Origin: a virus
Taxonomy: Duplodnaviria > Caudoviricetes
Length of the DNA stretch: 52,985 bases
Direction: 5' to 3' (one strand)
Virus record (IMG/VR): IMGVR_UViG_3300036790_000826
Coordinates: 1 to 52,985 of that record
Below, in pieces: positions 51,936 to 52,985 of this stretch. How positions within the stretch are numbered: the first letter of the stretch is position 1; each line of letters starts with the position of its first letter. The position numbers and the translations under genes are program-made. Below the pieces are notes generated by a model, which was not told the origin of the DNA, did not search any database, and saw only the letters and a list, made by a program, of their open reading frames with translations.

Positions 51936-52985
51936 CTATACGGCGGCCAGCGCGCGCCGCGGCCGCAGGAGACCGTCGCGGGCCATCAGCTCCGCCACCT
52001 GGACGGCGTTGAGCGCCGCCCCCTTCCAAAGGTTGTCGCCGCTCACCCAGAACGCGAGGCCGTTGGGAAGCGCCGTGTCGACGCGGATCCTGCCGACGCC
52101 GCACTTCACCTTCGCGCTGAAGTCGAGGGGTGTCGGGTACGCGCCCGTGGACGGCTCGTCGACGAGCTGCGCGCCCGGGAACGAGGCGACGGCCTGCCTC
52201 GCCTCCTCAACGCTGACCGGACGCTCGAACTCCGCATTGACCGCCACGGAATGAGCCCGGACCACGGGGACCCGGACGCAGGTCGCGGAGACCGGAAGGT
52301 TGGGCAGGCCCAGGATCTTGCGGGCCTCCAGCATCATCTTCGTCTCCTCGCCCGTGTAGCCGTTTGCCCCGAAGGAGTCGACCTGGGGAATCACGTTGAG
52401 GGCGATCTGGTGCGGGAAGACCTTCTTCTGGAGCGGCGCGTGCCCCACGTGCGCCGCCAGCTGCGCCTCAAGCTCGCGCTCCCCTTCCGTGCCGGCGCCG
52501 GTGACCGACTGGTAGGTCGCCATGATGAGGCGCTTCAGTCCAAAGCGCCGGTGCAGCGGCCAGACGCCCATGAGGGCCACCGCCGTCGAGCAGTTCGGGT
52601 TGGCGATGATGCCCTTGTGGGTCCCAAGCGCCTCGGGATTGATCTCGGGGATGACGAGCGGCACGGACGGGTCCATGCGCATGGCCGAGCTCTTGTCGAT
52701 GACGAGGCAGCCGGCCTTGACGGCGTCCGGGGCGAGCGCGCGGGTTACCGGGCCGCCGGCCGCGAAGAACGCCACGTCAATCCCGGCGAAGACTCCCGCC
52801 TTTGCCTCCTCGACCGCCACCTTCTCGCCCCTGAAATCAACCGTCTTGCCCACCGACCTGGCCGACGCGAAGGGCCTGAGCGACGAGATCGGGAAGCCGC
52901 GCGCCTCGAGCAGGCGCAGCAGCTCTTGACCGACGGCGCCCGTGGCGCCGACGATGCCGACCGTGAAGGATGCTGTCTTGTCCAT
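51936..52985 (-). CDS. asd: Aspartate-semialdehyde dehydrogenase
   Basis: GATGAVG, IIANPNCST, TYQSVTGAG, ATCVRVPV..AHS and DNLWKGAALNAVQ. Confidence 0.97.
   Translation of the reverse strand: MDKTASFTVGIVGATGAVGQELLRLLEARGFPISSLRPFASARSVGKTVDFRGEKVAVEEAKAGVFAGIDVAFFAAGGPVTRALAPDAVKAGCLVIDKSSAMRMDPSVPLVIPEINPEALGTHKGIIANPNCSTAVALMGVWPLHRRFGLKRLIMATYQSVTGAGTEGERELEAQLAAHVGHAPLQKKVFPHQIALNVIPQVDSFGANGYTGEETKMMLEARKILGLPNLPVSATCVRVPVVRAHSVAVNAEFERPVSVEEARQAVASFPGAQLVDEPSTGAYPTPLDFSAKVKCGVGRIRVDTALPNGLAFWVSGDNLWKGAALNAVQVAELMARDGLLRPRRALAAV

Overview
The window has three parts. (1) 12394-51825 is an apparently complete Mu-like transposable prophage of about 39.4 kb. It has TG...CA ends with paired TTCCC-N5/6-TTTA(A/G)GAAT transposase-binding repeats and a leftward early operon (Ner-like, DUF3102-like, DDE transposase, MuB-like ATPase, Gam, RlpA-like). 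These are followed by an XRE repressor, a lysis-like membrane cassette, a Mu-type head module and a non-contractile (siphovirus/GTA-type) tail module. (2) 1-12393 is the right part of a second, probably tRNA-integrated element. It has a phage-satellite-like core (excisionase-like, replication initiator with iterons, Nu1-like HTH, tape-measure-like protein) and a lower-GC defence cargo (PIN, HNH, receiver, GHKL-histidine kinase, N6-adenine MTase, DUF4145-like). (3) Host DNA follows: tRNA-Val(TAC) and asd. Removing the prophage in silico rebuilds a perfect IHF consensus between the tRNA 3' end and tandem arm-like repeats, so the phage appears to have inserted into the att region of the second element. 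The most unusual observations are a tail-fibre-like module whose proteins carry Sec signal peptides, a satellite tape measure homologous to the prophage's own, an MTase-kinase-receiver-HNH operon, ten [ILV]xNR motifs in the prohead protease/scaffold, and no recognisable endolysin in the lysis cassette. All family calls come from motif recognition by eye; no searches were run.
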